Below, in pieces: positions 61,050 to 64,000 of a stretch of 64,000 nt of DNA (position 1 is its first letter; every line of letters begins with the position of its first letter). Where the stretch lies: the NCBI GenBank assembly GCA_963719035.1, contig CAVRAO010000002.1, positions 256,001 to 320,000 of the forward strand, read 5' to 3'. Below the pieces are notes generated by a model. The model made no database searches. It was not told the origin of the DNA and was given only the letters and a program-made list of their open reading frames with translations. The stretch comes from Methanobacteriota archaeon. Lineage in GTDB: Archaea; Halobacteriota; Bog-38; Methanoflorentales; Methanoflorentaceae. The translations under genes were made by a program, and so were the position numbers.

Positions 61050-63011
61050 TCATCTTGATTCTACTTTGCTTATCTCAGAATATCCAGAGGGTAGGAACTT
61101 AGCCACCTCGTCGGCGGCAATGATCTTTCTTAAGCCCTTCTTCTGGTCATCTCGCACCATACCGAGAAGTTCCCTTGATATCATCTTTGCTAAATCACTT
61201 GAGTTATACTTTCCAGGCTCAATCACGACAAAGGGATGAGCAATCTTTGTTATAGCTGATAGAGGCCCACCTACGATTTTTTCGTCGTGGACGCCGACAG
61301 CGAGTAGGGACGCCGATTCAAGATAATGCCGTTCACCCCTGATAATAAATGCCCCTTTAGGCAAGTATTCTCCAGATTCAGGGGTTTTCGACACTTGTTT
61401 GGGATATACCCAGTAACAACGACCGGACCCAAGACCCTGTTTCCAAATCGAAGAATAAGAAACAGCGAATTGTGCGGCCTCGCTTAAGGTTACCTCTGAT
61501 ACTTCTTTGGCTTGCGATTTCACAATAACGGCCGGCGCTCCGTGAACGTCAGCGTGAAGAAATATGTCTCGAGGTTCTAAGTACTTCTTCACCAATTCCT
61601 CATTAGTATCCGCATCCCTGCCCCCGACTACCAAAAAACCCTCTGAAGAAAAAAACCAACGATATCGCTCGTACCAACGAGGCCGCTTTTTCTTGGTACG
61701 ACGTTTTTCAGGACCTACCTGTTTTAATTCATTTCCTTGTTCTTCTTTTATTTTTTTCAATGAGAGAGTCAACGCACGTTCCGCACCCTCGGCCTTGGCT
61801 TTCATCACTTTCGCCTTGTGATAGTACTTCTGAGCGTTTTGGGGGACATCTTCATCTACGACGATATCGATCAAAACCCCGCTAACTTCGAGAGTAATCG
61901 TTCCTGTGCTTGGATCGATCTCTTTGAAAAACGAGAAAGAGCTTAACGCATAATTAACCTCAGCCCAGGTTTTTAACCTCCGCGCCTCTCTTACCGTTTT
62001 AATTAACCGATCGATCTCGTGATACTTTTCAAACAGCAAATCTCCTTTCGACTGATACTCACGTTCTTGTATCTTGAACTGTTGAATTGCCACCGTTTGC
62101 CTGTCGATTATCTTCTGAAGTCGCGTTTTGGCTACAGGAGTAGGTCGTGATTCATCAATTTTTAACCCGTAATATTCGTCGAGCGCTTCGTTAAAACTTG
62201 AAAAAAAGCGTTTTTCACATCTGTCGAACTGCACCAACTCAAATGGAAGGACGCTGATTGGCGCTGATTCACTTTCATATACAATATGAGGGCTTAACGT
62301 ATTCGATCGCAACGGTTCAAAAACTTCTCTCAACGCTGCGTAGAGCCGTTGAATCTCTTCTGGGGTAAGGCTCTCGCTTTTTTTTTCGACTTCGGCTCTC
62401 AAACACACTTCTTCTGCATATAAACCACCCATATTGAAACGCGTCGCGAGCGTTCTAACAACATCACGAGTAGTGGAGGTTATGACCGCTTCAAACTCAT
62501 TGTAGGATAAGTCAACGGGGCTGAGTTGCGCCGAGGGGTACTCGTAGTGTTGCCCCCGTATGACCTGTCGTGAAGCTGACCTCATGCCTCGCAATGGCAA
62601 TATTATACGCTTAGATTCGTCCGTAAGGACGACGTTCCCTTTTGAAAAGAACTCACATATCAAGTAGCGTTCATCGTCGCTCCGCACAAAACGTATTTCG
62701 ACAACACGATCAAAGTCATGCTGCTCGATTGTGCTGATCCGTCCACCTTTAAGTTCTTTTCTAAGCAGCATCGGAAAGCTTGGCGGAAGGGCGGGTGCTG
62801 CGGCGGGGGCGTTGGTGAGGTGTAACCGCTTTCCGGCCTCAAGTATGAGGTCACGTTTCCCAGTTTTTGTCACAAGCTTTAAGCGAAGTTCTACAGGCGT
62901 GAGTTGATATGCCTTTTCTAGCTTTGCTCCGATAAGGCTATCAAGTTCTGGCAACAACGCTGCCACGTCTACGCTCGTCATTACCGTCTTCAAACGATTG
63001 TCCCTCACCAA
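61050..63011 (-). CDS. rqcH: Ribosome rescue factor Rqc2/NEMF (NFACT family)
   Basis: MTSVDV, FPMLLRK, QHDFDRVV, NAQKYY, WYERYRWF, GGRDADTNE, HADVHGAP, QVSKTPESGEYLPKGAF. Confidence 0.92.
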   Translation of the reverse strand: MVRDNRLKTVMTSVDVAALLPELDSLIGAKLEKAYQLTPVELRLKLVTKTGKRDLILEAGKRLHLTNAPAAAPALPPSFPMLLRKELKGGRISTIEQHDFDRVVEIRFVRSDDERYLICEFFSKGNVVLTDESKRIILPLRGMRSASRQVIRGQHYEYPSAQLSPVDLSYNEFEAVITSTTRDVVRTLATRFNMGGLYAEEVCLRAEVEKKSESLTPEEIQRLYAALREVFEPLRSNTLSPHIVYESESAPISVLPFELVQFDRCEKRFFSSFNEALDEYYGLKIDESRPTPVAKTRLQKIIDRQTVAIQQFKIQEREYQSKGDLLFEKYHEIDRLIKTVREARRLKTWAEVNYALSSFSFFKEIDPSTGTITLEVSGVLIDIVVDEDVPQNAQKYYHKAKVMKAKAEGAERALTLSLKKIKEEQGNELKQVGPEKRRTKKKRPRWYERYRWFFSSEGFLVVGGRDADTNEELVKKYLEPRDIFLHADVHGAPAVIVKSQAKEVSEVTLSEAAQFAVSYSSIWKQGLGSGRCYWVYPKQVSKTPESGEYLPKGAFIIRGERHYLESASLLAVGVHDEKIVGGPLSAITKIAHPFVVIEPGKYNSSDLAKMISRELLGMVRDDQKKGLRKIIAADEVAKFLPSGYSEISKVESR

Positions 63012-63230
63012 GCCGCTCGTCAGCTAAATAAGCTGGGTCCTATCACGCGGTCATTTGACAAAAGACATAAACCTCCGTTTTTGCGGAGTGTCTAGGTCAA
63101 ACGTATCTAGGGTCTTTCACAATATTATTTAAAGCGCTGGTTAACGTTTGAATTTTTAACCAAGTCTAATCTTGCAGATGTGAAGCCGCAAAACATATAA
63201 GCACAGTTGAATGTTAGTTGATGTCGAAGC

Positions 63231-63596
63231 ATGGCAAAAACTAAAGGAAAAGCCGCCCCTAAAACTGAAAAAAAAGGTGCCTCGCGAAAGGCTGAAAAAA
63301 AGGGCGTGGCAAAAACCGATGAAAAGCAAGAGCCAGATAGACACGTTAAGCATGTCGAAGGCATTAAAAAGACAGCACTTTCATCGCTACTCGGCATTGC
63401 CGGAGGAGTGGCTTCGTTCTATCTACCTGCTTATTGGATTTTCATCCTTATTGCAATCGTATACAGTCAAAGGATTATTCTGCCTCGTATCGGTGTTGAC
63501 GCTAAAGAATATCGCGCGACGGACTGGTTTTTCCTTGTGTTCATGACCGTCGCGTTCTGGTTTGTCAGCTGGACGATATTGCTCAATCCAGCATGA
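63231..63596 (+). CDS. EMC6-like small membrane protein
   Basis: Basic N-terminus, three hydrophobic segments, DWFFLVFMTVAFWFVSWTILLN; directly upstream of ABCE1. Confidence 0.7.
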   Translation: MAKTKGKAAPKTEKKGASRKAEKKGVAKTDEKQEPDRHVKHVEGIKKTALSSLLGIAGGVASFYLPAYWIFILIAIVYSQRIILPRIGVDAKEYRATDWFFLVFMTVAFWFVSWTILLNPA

Positions 63597-63620
63597 CCAA
63601 GCTAAAACGAGCACATTCCG

Positions 63621-64000
63621 ATGAGAATAGCAGTGCTGAAAAAAGACAGCTGTCGCAGTAAAAAATGCGGCACAGAGTGTCTACGTTTTTGTCCCCCTGT
63701 CAGAACAGGCGACGAAACGATCGTTATCGGAGCAAACGGTAAACCCGTCATTTCAGAAGAGCTTTGTGTCGGGTGCGGGATCTGTATAAAAAAATGTCCA
63801 TTCGGAGCAATAACGATAGTCAGTTTACCTGAAGAACTCGAGAAACCGACCCATCGTTACGGCGTTAATGGTTTTGCTGTATATGGACTCGCCGTTCCAC
63901 GCAGTGGCCGCGTCACAGGCATCTTAGGGCCAAATGGCATAGGTAAAACAACTATAATCAATATCCTCACCGGTGAGACTAAACCTAACTTTGGCCGAGA
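63621..64000 (+). CDS. rli: Ribosome recycling ATPase ABCE1/Rli1, N-terminal part (runs off window)
   Basis: MRIAVL..CRSKKCGTECLRFCPPVRTG, LCVGCGICIKKCPFGAI, HRYGVNGF, GPNGIGKTT. Confidence 0.95.
   Translation, partial: MRIAVLKKDSCRSKKCGTECLRFCPPVRTGDETIVIGANGKPVISEELCVGCGICIKKCPFGAITIVSLPEELEKPTHRYGVNGFAVYGLAVPRSGRVTGILGPNGIGKTTIINILTGETKPNFGR

Noticed and set aside
1-64000. CRISPR array or rRNA
   Set aside because: No regularly spaced repeats and no rRNA-like sequence seen

Overview
Chromosomal segment of a methanogenic archaeon. The gene set looks Halobacteriota-like; placement near Methanocellia / Ca. Methanoflorens is a tentative inference only. The window holds the complete mtrEDCBAFGH and mcrBDCGA operons, a divergent mfnB-DUF169-cfbA-cfbE-cfbD-cfbB cofactor cluster (no cfbC, no mmp10), a ycaO-tfuA-hycI-marker 11 operon facing a ThiS/SAMP gene, cofH, and many housekeeping genes (gatCA, valS, trpB2, ino1, pyrK, alba, moaC, aroK, guaAA, ndk, L24e, S28e, L7Ae, Rqc2, ABCE1). 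An accessory, partly decayed block (about 31.1-43.4 kb) lies between mtr/cofH and mcr. It carries twin KTSC genes, ArsC, an SPL-like radical SAM, DUF6788, a PGF-CTERM surface protein, an eroded Mrp/NifX/MinD-ferredoxin operon, a DUF4405-CxxCH membrane protein and sugar-biosynthesis remnants. Main observations: (1) a tRNA-Ser(CGA) with two non-canonical introns, in the D-loop and the variable arm; (2) most single-base frameshifts in core genes fall at GTAC, suggesting a modified DNA motif causing systematic base-calling errors; (3) an AsnB lacking its catalytic Cys, coupled to gatCA without gatB; (4) a putative heme b/heme c membrane protein. All product calls come from motif recognition; no database search was run.
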